Shown piece after piece: positions 18,085 to 27,066 of a DNA stretch of 64,000 nt. Positions within the stretch are counted from its first letter, which is position 1, and the number at the start of each line of letters is the position of its first letter. The notes under the pieces were generated by a model. It was given only the letters and a program-made list of their open reading frames with translations. It was not told where the DNA came from and searched no databases. The stretch comes from Candidatus Omnitrophota bacterium (GTDB lineage Bacteria; Omnitrophota; Gorgyraeia; Duberdicusellales; 4484-171). The position numbers and the translations under genes were made by a program. The stretch lies in the NCBI GenBank assembly GCA_016935525.1, contig JAFGQU010000015.1:4162-68161 (forward strand), written 5' to 3'.

Positions 18085-19249
18085 GAAATTCCTCCCATAA
18101 TAAGTCGTTATGAAGGTCGACAAACGTACAGCTATTCACTTTTTCTTTTGATTGAGAAAATACCGATTCTATCGAGTTTTTCGTAATATCCCGGCCGCCT
18201 AATCCCATGACAAATCCGCTGATCTTCTTATCGTGACTGCAGGCGGCTTTGATTTCCGTATAAAGCGCTCCGGTCGCCCCCAAAGAGATATTCTTATCGA
18301 CTACCCCTACGTAAGGTACCTTTGCTAACGCTTTGTTCACCGCCGCCTCAGGGAACGGACGGTAGGTGACTATTTTCAACAAACCGACCTTCTGCCCTTT
18401 CTGGCGTAACTCATCAATGACATCTTTTATCGTACCGCACACCGACCCCATCGCAACCAGGGCGACTTCGGCATCATCAAGTCTATATTCTTCGATAAGC
18501 CGGACACTTTCCCGGCCGAATTTCTTTTTAAACTCATCCCCTACCTCAGGCAGGATAGTAAGCACATCTTCCATCGTTTTCTGTATTGCATACCGGGTCT
18601 CTATATAGACATCGGGACCGCCAAGCAATCCCAGACTTAACGGTTTCTCGACATCAAGTTTATACGGAGGATTATAGGGAGGAAGAAACTGATCGACTTC
18701 TTCCTGAGTGGGCATATCGACCACTTCCATACCATGAGTAAGAATAAAACCGTCGACACATACCATTACCGGCAACATCACCCGGGGTTTTTCGCCGATC
18801 TTATACCCGGCAATAACCAGGTCTACCGCTTCTTGATTGTTTTCGGCGTACATCTGGATCCATCCGGAATCACGTAAAGAAACCGAATCCTGCTGGTCAT
18901 TCCAGATATTGATCGGTGCCGAAAGCGCCCGGTTCGCGCAGATCATTAATATCGGCATACGCATACCGGCGATATTAAAGACAACCTCGGCCATAAGCAT
19001 GAGCCCTTGCGAGCTGGTACAGGTAAAACTGCGTACTCCGCACGCCTGTGAACCTAACACTACCGACGCTGCGGAATGTTCGCTTTCTACGTTTATCGTC
19101 TGGGCATTCAGTTCGCCGTTAGCGACAAACTGAGCGAGATGTTCGACGATATGAGTCTGAGGAGTGATCGGATACGCCGAGATGACTCCCGGACGGCATA
19201 ATTTTGCGGCATCAGCGAATGCCCAAGAACCTTCAAGAAACTGTTTCAT
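18077..19249 (-). CDS. porA: Pyruvate:ferredoxin oxidoreductase alpha subunit
   Basis: AYPITPQT, VESEHSA, TSSQGL, NRALSAP-NIW, GLGGRD. Confidence 0.95.
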   Translation of the reverse strand: MKQFLEGSWAFADAAKLCRPGVISAYPITPQTHIVEHLAQFVANGELNAQTINVESEHSAASVVLGSQACGVRSFTCTSSQGLMLMAEVVFNIAGMRMPILMICANRALSAPINIWNDQQDSVSLRDSGWIQMYAENNQEAVDLVIAGYKIGEKPRVMLPVMVCVDGFILTHGMEVVDMPTQEEVDQFLPPYNPPYKLDVEKPLSLGLLGGPDVYIETRYAIQKTMEDVLTILPEVGDEFKKKFGRESVRLIEEYRLDDAEVALVAMGSVCGTIKDVIDELRQKGQKVGLLKIVTYRPFPEAAVNKALAKVPYVGVVDKNISLGATGALYTEIKAACSHDKKISGFVMGLGGRDITKNSIESVFSQSKEKVNSCTFVDLHNDLLWEEFRV

Positions 19250-19261
19250 ATATCTACCTTT

Positions 19262-19525
19262 TTATTCCGTACCCTGGTTAGATACCATTTCAATATCTTT
19301 TTTGGGACAGATATCGGCACAAAGGCCGCATCCTTTGCAATAATCTAAATCAGCGCTATACTGGTTCTTCTCGGTCCCTTCGATACATCCTTCTGGACAG
19401 ATCATCTTACATAACCCGCAATTAATGCATTCTTTTTGTAAATAATGCGGCTTCACTAATGACCGCCACGATCCGGTCCGGTTTCGCGAAGATGATTTCG
19501 GTATTGCGGCAAGTACGCTAAACAC
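19262..19525 (-). CDS. porD: Pyruvate:ferredoxin oxidoreductase delta subunit (2x[4Fe-4S])
   Basis: TGSWR, CINCGLC---CP, YCKGCGLCA--CP. Confidence 0.93.
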   Translation of the reverse strand: MFSVLAAIPKSSSRNRTGSWRSLVKPHYLQKECINCGLCKMICPEGCIEGTEKNQYSADLDYCKGCGLCADICPKKDIEMVSNQGTE

Positions 19526-20054
19526 TTTCGTATCCTTTCTTTACGGCATCAAGGTTCTTCTGTAATATAGCCGGTTTTGATTCGAACCGTTTGCTGACGG
19601 CCTTAAGTACTGAATCCAAAGTAAATGCGCCGGTTATTTTCGCAAATGCGCCTAACAGGACCGTATTGGCAAAAGGGCGGCCGATGATCTCGGTCGCGAT
19701 TTTTTCGGCCAAAAGGGTATGGACTTCAACTCCGCTTGCCTGAGGGACCGGAGTTTCCGGCCGGACAGCCACGACCGCTTTCGCATCTGGCGTTAGACCG
19801 GCAAAAGCGTTCTGGCTTTCGATCAACGTCGGATCGATCACGATGATATAGTCGGGTTCATAGATCTTTGAACGTAACCGTATAGGTTTTTCGTCAAAAC
19901 GCAAGAATGCGTTCATAGGAGCTCCCATGCGCGCTGCGCCGAAATGAGGGAATGCATAAGAATATTTGTTTTCATAAAACAACGCTTCTCCCAAAATCGC
20001 TGCGGTGGTAATAGCTCCTTGACCGGCTCGGGCGAAAATCTTTATTTCTTTCAT
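19518..20054 (-). CDS. porC: Pyruvate:ferredoxin oxidoreductase gamma subunit
   Basis: RAGQG, FP-FGA-R-GAP, NT-LLGA motifs of the POR gamma family. Confidence 0.93.
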   Translation of the reverse strand: MKEIKIFARAGQGAITTAAILGEALFYENKYSYAFPHFGAARMGAPMNAFLRFDEKPIRLRSKIYEPDYIIVIDPTLIESQNAFAGLTPDAKAVVAVRPETPVPQASGVEVHTLLAEKIATEIIGRPFANTVLLGAFAKITGAFTLDSVLKAVSKRFESKPAILQKNLDAVKKGYESV

Positions 20055-20061
20055 AAAGGCT

Positions 20062-20090
20062 TTTATATCATACCGTCAAATACAATGCAA
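20062..20090 (-). promoter_or_regulatory. Putative sigma70 promoter (leaderless-type) of the PFOR operon
   Basis: TTGCAT-N17-TATAAA with TG extension, then 7 nt to the ATG; no SD. Confidence 0.55.
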
Positions 20091-20097
20091 GTATTTT

Positions 20098-22098
20098 TTA
20101 ATATATTTTTTCTATATGCACTTCCCGATAATATCTTTCAAGGATCTCCGGATAGAGAAACCCCTCTTTAGCCATATTCATCACACCGATCTGGGACATC
20201 CCCACCCCATGACCGAATCCCGCGCCCCAGATAAACAACATGCGAGGGACAGCTTGTTCGTTTACGAACTCATGCCTGATCTCAAACAGGAATGCACTGC
20301 TTTTCAGGTGCCCGAAAAAATCGCGAATAGGCAGGTCGCCGGTGATGGTCTTAAAGAAATCACGGGTATCTAATTCAATAGTTTTCAGATGACCGCAATC
20401 CCCTTTTTCCCGAATAGTGATATTTTTTAGTTGAGAAATTTCAAATCCGAATTCAAGAGCAAAATCCTCAGCGTCATATACCCGTTCCCACCGGCAATGA
20501 CTTCCCTCATCGAAACCGCACATATCCTTTCGACCGGACTTAAACCATTGTTCGGTCCACCAAGGATCTTCCGTAAACGGAGTAAGCGTCTTATCAAGAA
20601 TATTTCTTCTAAAATACGGTTGTTGGCCGAAGATATCTCCCCGCATACATCCGCCACAGTTGGAATGAAAAAATGCCGATATCGGTTTCCCTTCAAAAAA
20701 GAGCACCTCGCCCCGGGTCGCATCGACCGCAGCCGTGGTACGTGCGGTTTCGGCGCTTACCCCACGGTAGGCCTGACAATGGGTACTGCTGCAAAAATCA
20801 TAGCCTTGCGCGTTATGCCGTTTAAGGTTACTGAACGCGTAGGTGCGGGCGGCAACGGCTTGAGCTTTTAACGCTTCACTATGTGCCGAAGAAAGGATTT
20901 CGGCAGAGATCACTCCATAAAGATATTCTTCCATACTCAACACGTTGATGATTTCCACTTCATCTCCACCGGCCCGGAGTATTTCCAGATCCCCCCGGTA
21001 AGCGGTATCGATAGTCTTTTGGGAAAATCCGCCTTTCCCGTGAGTGATGTTTAAAAGATAAAAAGGACAGGCTCCCGAGCGGATCACCACCGGAACCGGA
21101 ATCTCCCCTTGAATGACCCGATCTTCATCTTCAATGCTTACCCGATTATGAGCGACGCTTCGTAACGTATACAAGGTCCCCGCCGACCCGGAAAAAGTCT
21201 GCTGACCGCCTTCGGCCTGAAACGGTCCGCCGCACTTAAAGGTAATACTGTTACCTTGGGCTATTTTTACCCGTACTGTGGGGATATCTTCGGCCAAAGG
21301 GGTATAACAGACAAGATCGACCTTTTTCCTCCTGAGGTCTTCTGCCGTCTGGCGCCTCATAAAAAACGCGTTCCCTAATTTTTTCTTTACAAAATATAAC
21401 TGTTTTTTTAACTGTTGGTTCTCAGGATAGAAATTCATCGCCCGGGGAATATACCGATAGGCTTCCTCATATTCTTTTAAATGCACAAGACAACAACTGA
21501 GGAAATAGTACGCCGGACGGATACTGGAATCGAGACGGATAGTTTCCAAAAAATAACGTTTCGCATCGGAAAAATGTTTCTGGGAATAGAATAATTTGGC
21601 TAACCGATAGGCAACCGCGGCATTCGGATCCAACTTAAAAGCTCTTTGATAATAATCCTGAGCTATGTTCAGGTCCCCAAGCCCCTGATGGATCAATCCG
21701 AGATAAAAAAATATTTTCCAATCGGTGGGCTGATAGGCGACAAGATTATTAAACAGGACTAACGCTTGGTCGGTATCACCGGCAAGATAATACAGTTCTC
21801 CCAATATCATCAAGGTCTGCCGGGGATAGTTATTTAGCGAATCGCCGGAATACTTTCGAAGATACTCATCGAGGATCTCTATCGCCTTGTGATATTGTCC
21901 GGTTTCCTTATAGAGCGCCGCCAGATCAAGATATGCCTGTTCATCAGGCGACTGGTTGAGCCGGCCGGCATAGAACTCCTCGGCCTCGACATAATCGCCG
22001 TTACGGTAAGCTTGGGCACCGGGCTCAGCCGATACCCCTAAACCGGTCCCTATCCCGGCGACAATCAAGAGGATTTTTCCCAAAACCGTACCCATCAA
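20098..22098 (-). CDS. TPR-repeat + SpoIID/LytB domain protein (putative peptidoglycan lytic transglycosylase)
   Basis: Signal/TM segment, several TPRs, then YRG-L, EEYLYGV--AE, EALKAQAVAARTY, CQAY-G, GFGHGVGMSQ-G. Confidence 0.9.
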   Translation of the reverse strand: MMGTVLGKILLIVAGIGTGLGVSAEPGAQAYRNGDYVEAEEFYAGRLNQSPDEQAYLDLAALYKETGQYHKAIEILDEYLRKYSGDSLNNYPRQTLMILGELYYLAGDTDQALVLFNNLVAYQPTDWKIFFYLGLIHQGLGDLNIAQDYYQRAFKLDPNAAVAYRLAKLFYSQKHFSDAKRYFLETIRLDSSIRPAYYFLSCCLVHLKEYEEAYRYIPRAMNFYPENQQLKKQLYFVKKKLGNAFFMRRQTAEDLRRKKVDLVCYTPLAEDIPTVRVKIAQGNSITFKCGGPFQAEGGQQTFSGSAGTLYTLRSVAHNRVSIEDEDRVIQGEIPVPVVIRSGACPFYLLNITHGKGGFSQKTIDTAYRGDLEILRAGGDEVEIINVLSMEEYLYGVISAEILSSAHSEALKAQAVAARTYAFSNLKRHNAQGYDFCSSTHCQAYRGVSAETARTTAAVDATRGEVLFFEGKPISAFFHSNCGGCMRGDIFGQQPYFRRNILDKTLTPFTEDPWWTEQWFKSGRKDMCGFDEGSHCRWERVYDAEDFALEFGFEISQLKNITIREKGDCGHLKTIELDTRDFFKTITGDLPIRDFFGHLKSSAFLFEIRHEFVNEQAVPRMLFIWGAGFGHGVGMSQIGVMNMAKEGFLYPEILERYYREVHIEKIY

Positions 22099-22901
22099 AT
22101 CCTCTTTGTCCCGACCACGGCGATCTGAACCTGTTCGGCTGCTTTTAAAAACCTTTCTTTCTCCAAGATAAGGACTCGTGACGCCTCAAGCACCAATGCC
22201 GACGCTTTTATCTTTTTAAGGAGCCTCAAAGTAGATAGCCCTACTACCGGGACGTCGAAACGTAAGTCCTGATCTTTTTTACTGAACTTCAGGACCACAC
22301 AGTTTCTTTTGCCGATACGGTATCCCCGTTTGATCGTATTATCGGTACCTTCCAGAGCTTCTAAAGCGAGTACCGCTTTGTTTTTTACTACTATCGTCTG
22401 ACCTACGTCAAGTTCGACATAACGGGAAACCTGGTGTATTCCGAAATCAATATCGGCAGAAGTTTCCGGAGAAATAGAAACGGCATTCAGTTGCCCTTCT
22501 CCAATCAAAAGGTCGTTCATATACAGCGTAGAATCAAGAAAATTGATCCCTTTCCCTTCAAGATATCCGATGAACGTCGTAAAAATAGAATGAGGACGAT
22601 AATCGGTCCTTTTCGCGAGTGTCCGCATAAGCGTATCCCACCGTTGTTGTTTAAAGATCCTGTAAGGCGAAATCTGTCCGACCATTACACATTGAGATAT
22701 ATTTTCTTTTTCGAGGATTTCGATGAGGGTAGCGAGCTGCCCCACTTCAATCCAGTATATTTTAGACGCATACTTCTTGATACGCGGCGAGGTTTCGCCT
22801 TTAAAACAGATCGGAATGATTTCCAACTCAGGGTCACGCAGGGCACATTGAAGAAAAGCAAGAGGGAGGTTACGATTACCGGCGATTAACGCTAACTTCA
22901 T
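22095..22901 (-). CDS. lpxI: UDP-2,3-diacylglucosamine diphosphatase LpxI
   Basis: LIAG---LP, DVGQT-VV, LEA-EGTD, QDLRFDVP-VG; follows lpxA. Confidence 0.9.
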   Translation of the reverse strand: MKLALIAGNRNLPLAFLQCALRDPELEIIPICFKGETSPRIKKYASKIYWIEVGQLATLIEILEKENISQCVMVGQISPYRIFKQQRWDTLMRTLAKRTDYRPHSIFTTFIGYLEGKGINFLDSTLYMNDLLIGEGQLNAVSISPETSADIDFGIHQVSRYVELDVGQTIVVKNKAVLALEALEGTDNTIKRGYRIGKRNCVVLKFSKKDQDLRFDVPVVGLSTLRLLKKIKASALVLEASRVLILEKERFLKAAEQVQIAVVGTKRI

Positions 22902-22962
22902 TGGATTGGTTTATATCGGGACCGATTATGTACTTAAAAACTCCTACCTGGCCCGCATCTGT

Positions 22963-23739
22963 TCATCGGCAAATACCCCGTTTGGAGGTAGCGATAAAAC
23001 GCAAAAGGTCCTCTATTTCCTTACCAGCGGAGAGTTCTTTTCTTACCAGTTGTTCGGCCTCATCAAACGAATGGTTGTCGAAGAAAAGGATCTTAAAGGC
23101 TTTACGTAATGTTTCGATCTGCCCGCGGGAAAACCCGCCGCGTTTTAATCCGACAAGATTCACATTATACACTTTCGCCGGATGACCGTCGCACAGTGAA
23201 TAAGGAGGAATATCCTGGACTACTTTCGAACATCCGCCGATGATCGCATAATCACCTATCCGGCAGAACTGATGTACGGCAACCAACCCGCCGATCACGA
23301 TATGGTCGGCTATCTCCACGTGGCCGGCAATAGTCGCGGCATTGGCCAGCACGTTGTGGCTGCCGACCTGACAATTATGCGCAACATGAGAATAGGCCAT
23401 GATCAGATTAGAATCACCGATAACAGTTTGAGATTCCTCTTCAGTCCCGGGATTTATTGTCACAAACTCACGGATGAGATTGTGATTCCCGATAGAAAGG
23501 AAACTCCTCTGGCCCTTATACTTCAAATCCTGCGGCTGGCTGCCGATGACCGCGTAGGAAAAAATACGGCAGTTATGACCGATCACCGTATGACCGGTAA
23601 GACGGGCGCCACATTCGATGACGGTATGAGCACCTACCTTGACATTCTCTTCGATCACCGCATACGGGCCGATTTTCACATGTTCATCAAGATATGCTCC
23701 GGGATGGATTACCGCTTGAGGATGGATTTCTACGCTCAT
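22963..23739 (-). CDS. lpxA: UDP-N-acetylglucosamine O-acyltransferase
   Basis: Hexapeptide repeats, PQDLKY, IREFVTI-PGT, H-AH-C, VHQF-RIG, N-VGL-R. Confidence 0.97.
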   Translation of the reverse strand: MSVEIHPQAVIHPGAYLDEHVKIGPYAVIEENVKVGAHTVIECGARLTGHTVIGHNCRIFSYAVIGSQPQDLKYKGQRSFLSIGNHNLIREFVTINPGTEEESQTVIGDSNLIMAYSHVAHNCQVGSHNVLANAATIAGHVEIADHIVIGGLVAVHQFCRIGDYAIIGGCSKVVQDIPPYSLCDGHPAKVYNVNLVGLKRGGFSRGQIETLRKAFKILFFDNHSFDEAEQLVRKELSAGKEIEDLLRFIATSKRGICR

Positions 23740-23748
23740 TTGGGATTT

Positions 23749-23757
23749 ATTATATCA
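23749..23757 (-). promoter_or_regulatory. Extended -10 promoter (near-leaderless) of lpxA
   Basis: TGaTATAAT followed by 9 nt to the ATG; no SD. Confidence 0.55.
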
Positions 23758-24036
23758 AAAATACCTGGATAATACACAACAAATTTTAGTTCTTCCCCTA
23801 CTTTTGCACAGGAAGAAGACCTTGATCACAGCGATTTCGAAAAAGATTGCAATGATAAGGAAACTTTCCTGATAAAATCCAATGAATTTATCTTAAGTTA
23901 CTCTATTGAAAAGAGTTATATCCTCACATTACGCAAAAAGAAGAAAAGCTTCCACATTTTTGTCTAAAAACACCATTTTTAAAGCCGGATATTGATTGAT
24001 TTTGAGAAGATACGAACGAGGATCCTTGAGAGAGGC

Positions 24037-25350
24037 TTAGGAATCGACCAACGCAAACATTAATGTCGCCTCGGCAACCGCTTTATTATCCACAAAAGCT
24101 TTCGTATATACCGTGCCGGTCTTGCTTTTAATCCGGCCACAATTCACCTCGATCACCAGCTGATCGCCCGGTTCAACGGTCTTACGGAATTTCACGTCAT
24201 CGGCAGCCATAAAATAAGCCAGTTTCCCTTTATTTTCCTCATTGGCAAGCATCAACACTCCTCCGACCTGAGCCATCGCTTCAATGATCAACACCCCCGG
24301 CATCACCGGCCGTTGAGGGAAATGCCCCTGAAAAAAATAATCGTTTACCGTGACATTCTTGATCCCGATTGCGCGTTTACCCGGTTCCATGGAAATGATC
24401 CGGTCAATAAGCAGAAACGGATACCGATGCGGCAGGACTTTCATGATCTCGCCGATAGAAAGTTCTTTTTCGGTCGCGACATATCCGGCAATCGAACCGA
24501 TCCCGCCGGATGAAGCCTTTTTTTGATATTCTTTTATTTTTTTGACCAGACGAATATTAAGATTATGTCCGCTTTTAATCGCAATGATATGGCCCTTGAT
24601 CGGACCGGCAAGATAGAGATCACCAAGAAGGTCCATCACCTTATGTTTCACAAACTCATTGGTCACCCGGATTTTGTTCTTTACGATTTCTTTTTCGGAA
24701 ATAACCAGAGTATTTTCATAGGTCGACCCTTTCCCCAGTCCCATATCGAGTAACGGCTGGACCTCTTCCTGTAGACAGAACGTCCGAGCCTGATAAATGC
24801 TTTCATCGCAGGTCCCGTTTAAAGTAAGATCGACATATTCGGTATTAATCAAAGGATTATTATACTGTAACGTGTAAGAGACCCTCATATAAGGAGCGGG
24901 AAAAATGACCAGGCTGGAATTACCTTCTTCTACCCATAACGGTTCTTTCACCGTCACATACTGCCGAGAAGGCTCTTGTTCAACGATCTTCGCATTACGT
25001 AACGATTCAACGAAAAGTTTTGCGCTCCCGTCCATTCCCGGAACTTCTTCACCCCAGATATTGATATATAAGTTATCAATACCCAAAAAATTCAAAGCGG
25101 CCATAAGATGTTCGACCGTATGGACACACACCCCCTGGTGAGCGATCGAAGTGCGACGAGGGAATTTTACCGGATCAAGCATCGAGTAATAATCGGCTTT
25201 AATCATCACCTCCGGAGCGATATCTTTGCGAATAAAGATAATACCCGCATTAGGCGGTGCCGGTAATAATTCGACTTTTACTTTTTGTCCGGTATGCAGG
25301 CCAAGTCCTTCCAGAACGGCCGATTCTTGAATCGTTCTTTGCCTCTCCAT
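24037..25350 (-). CDS. lpxC: Bifunctional LpxC / FabZ
   Basis: QRTI...G-GLHTG, TVEHL-AA, DGSA, ARTF, HK--DL-GD (LpxC); LPHRYPFLLID, HFP--PVMPGVLIIEAMAQ (FabZ). Start set at ATG 25350; the track's extension runs into the inserted element. Confidence 0.95.
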   Translation of the reverse strand: MERQRTIQESAVLEGLGLHTGQKVKVELLPAPPNAGIIFIRKDIAPEVMIKADYYSMLDPVKFPRRTSIAHQGVCVHTVEHLMAALNFLGIDNLYINIWGEEVPGMDGSAKLFVESLRNAKIVEQEPSRQYVTVKEPLWVEEGNSSLVIFPAPYMRVSYTLQYNNPLINTEYVDLTLNGTCDESIYQARTFCLQEEVQPLLDMGLGKGSTYENTLVISEKEIVKNKIRVTNEFVKHKVMDLLGDLYLAGPIKGHIIAIKSGHNLNIRLVKKIKEYQKKASSGGIGSIAGYVATEKELSIGEIMKVLPHRYPFLLIDRIISMEPGKRAIGIKNVTVNDYFFQGHFPQRPVMPGVLIIEAMAQVGGVLMLANEENKGKLAYFMAADDVKFRKTVEPGDQLVIEVNCGRIKSKTGTVYTKAFVDNKAVAEATLMFALVDS

Positions 25351-25365
25351 GAAATTATCCTTTAT

Positions 25366-25460
25366 CCCGCCGCTTAAAACCACGGCCTTCAGGCCGTGGA
25401 TGGAGGCGGCGAGGATTCCGCCCCAAAGGAACCCCGGGCTTCAGCCCGGGTGGGCTCCAT
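25366..25460 (+). mobile_element. Non-autonomous IS200/IS605-family miniature element (PATE-like, 95 bp) inserted in the 3' end of lpxD
   Basis: Two hairpins with TTCA loops (CCACGGCC-TTCA-GGCCGTGG; CCCGGGC-TTCA-GCCCGGG), preceded by AAAA and GGAA guide-like tetramers. Inserted 3' of TTTAT and ending in CCAT. Removal restores lpxD ...EKQNKG*. Confidence 0.8.
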
Positions 25461-26490
25461 TTTGTTTTTCTAATGATTCGATCTTCTCTTCGAGTTCTTT
25501 AATCCTTTTATAAAGTTGCGGGAGCATCTGTACGCAGGCATTGACTCGTTTGGCAACATTGTGGGGTTTAGCCGGATAACCGGAAACTTTGGTATTGGCC
25601 GGAACAGATTTGGTAACCCCGGCCTGAGCCGCGACAATACTGTTATCGCCGATAATAATATGACCGACCAGGCCGGCCTGACCGGCAAGGATCACATTTT
25701 CTCCCAGAGTCGTACTGCCCGATATCCCAGCCTGAGCGACGATAATACAATTCTTCCCGACTACGACATTATGAGCGATCTGTACGAGATTATCTATTTT
25801 AGTGCCGGCCCCGATGATCGTTTTGTCGAAACGGGCCCGGTCGATAGTAACATTTGAACCGATCTCCACATCATCTTCAATCACTACCGTCCCGATCTGA
25901 GGGATCTTTTCCTGCACCCCTTTTACGGTCGCAAATCCGAACCCATCACTGCCGATGACCGCTCCGGAATGGACGATTACCCGGTTACCGATCTCGATAC
26001 GTTCACGAATAGTGACATTATGATATACCAGACATTTCTTCCCGATAACGGTATGGTGGCCGATATAACAACCGCCATAAATGATCGAATCGTCCCCGAC
26101 GGTCACTTTATCGTCAAGGATCGTATAAGGACCGATCACGACATTTTCCCCTAACTTCACATTATCGGGAATAATCGCGGTAGGATGGACCCCTTGAGGG
26201 TGAGTAATATCATTAGGCGCAACCAACCCGACCACTTTCGCAAACGCGAATGAAGGGTTAGCGGTTTTAATAATCGCTTTATCGGAATTACCATTGATAC
26301 TGTCCCGAGAAGTAATCACTGCCGAAGCTTTGGTCGTCGTCAACAATGCCGCGTATTTACTGTTTGCCAAAAAGGTGATATCACCGCGTTTCGCTTCTTT
26401 AATGCCGGAGATGCCGGTAACGATAATGTCCGGGTCACCGACAAGCTCCCCCTCGACAATCGTTGCGATTTCTTTCAGAGTGAATTTCAT
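25441..26490 (-). CDS. lpxD: UDP-3-O-acylglucosamine N-acyltransferase
   Basis: ITFL-N-KY, hexapeptide repeats, GSDGFGF, TIDR, KIDNLVQIAHN. The last residues and the stop come from the inserted element. Confidence 0.97.
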   Translation of the reverse strand: MKFTLKEIATIVEGELVGDPDIIVTGISGIKEAKRGDITFLANSKYAALLTTTKASAVITSRDSINGNSDKAIIKTANPSFAFAKVVGLVAPNDITHPQGVHPTAIIPDNVKLGENVVIGPYTILDDKVTVGDDSIIYGGCYIGHHTVIGKKCLVYHNVTIRERIEIGNRVIVHSGAVIGSDGFGFATVKGVQEKIPQIGTVVIEDDVEIGSNVTIDRARFDKTIIGAGTKIDNLVQIAHNVVVGKNCIIVAQAGISGSTTLGENVILAGQAGLVGHIIIGDNSIVAAQAGVTKSVPANTKVSGYPAKPHNVAKRVNACVQMLPQLYKRIKELEEKIESLEKQNGAHPG

Positions 26491-26500
26491 CAGTACTTAG

Positions 26501-26995
26501 TTACTTATAACCCTGGTTCACTATACGTAAGATGTCTTGGGTGATATCGTATTTTTTACCGCCATAGAGGACAGCGCCTTTATTCAAAATAACATCGTAC
26601 CCTTTTTTGCGGGCATAATCTTCAACGACTTTATCGATATCTTCAACGATCTCTTTCATCTTGTCGTCTCTCTTTTTCTTGAGATCGAGCAGGTATTGTC
26701 GTTCCAGTTCTCGATATTCCATAGCCGCCTTGGTGATCTTTTCCCTTTCTTTTTCCTGTTCGTTCTCTTTTAAAAGTTCAAGCTTATCCTGCATTTTACG
26801 GATCTCTTCTTTTTTCTTTTCTAATTCTTTCTCTTTTACGCCGCGTTCTTCTTCCAGCACTTTATCATAATCTTTTGTCTTCTTATATTCATTGAAGATC
26901 TGATAGATATCTACATACCCGATCTCTAACGCGAACGCATAAGAAGAAAACATAACTGCCCCGGCGACCAACAATGAAACAACTAGCTTTCTCAT
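26501..26995 (-). CDS. skp: OmpH/Skp periplasmic chaperone
   Basis: Signal peptide, IGYVD, coiled coil, GYD-IL, DIT; located between bamA and lpxD. Confidence 0.93.
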   Translation of the reverse strand: MRKLVVSLLVAGAVMFSSYAFALEIGYVDIYQIFNEYKKTKDYDKVLEEERGVKEKELEKKKEEIRKMQDKLELLKENEQEKEREKITKAAMEYRELERQYLLDLKKKRDDKMKEIVEDIDKVVEDYARKKGYDVILNKGAVLYGGKKYDITQDILRIVNQGYK

Positions 26996-27066
26996 CTTGT
27001 TCCTCCTTCTTTACCTTAAAAAATGACTATTACCGGCCCGCTCAAGTTACACATGACCGATACCGT

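Noticed and set aside
25345-25460. CTCCAT on both sides of the 95-bp element as a target-site duplication
   Set aside because: The left copy is 15 nt outside the element and is the lpxC start. The guide-pairing boundaries restore the locus with no duplication.
27025-27051. ECF-sigma-like promoter upstream of skp (TGTAAC-N17-AGTC)
   Set aside because: The match is short and the -10 part is off consensus; not distinguishable from chance without the cognate sigma motif.
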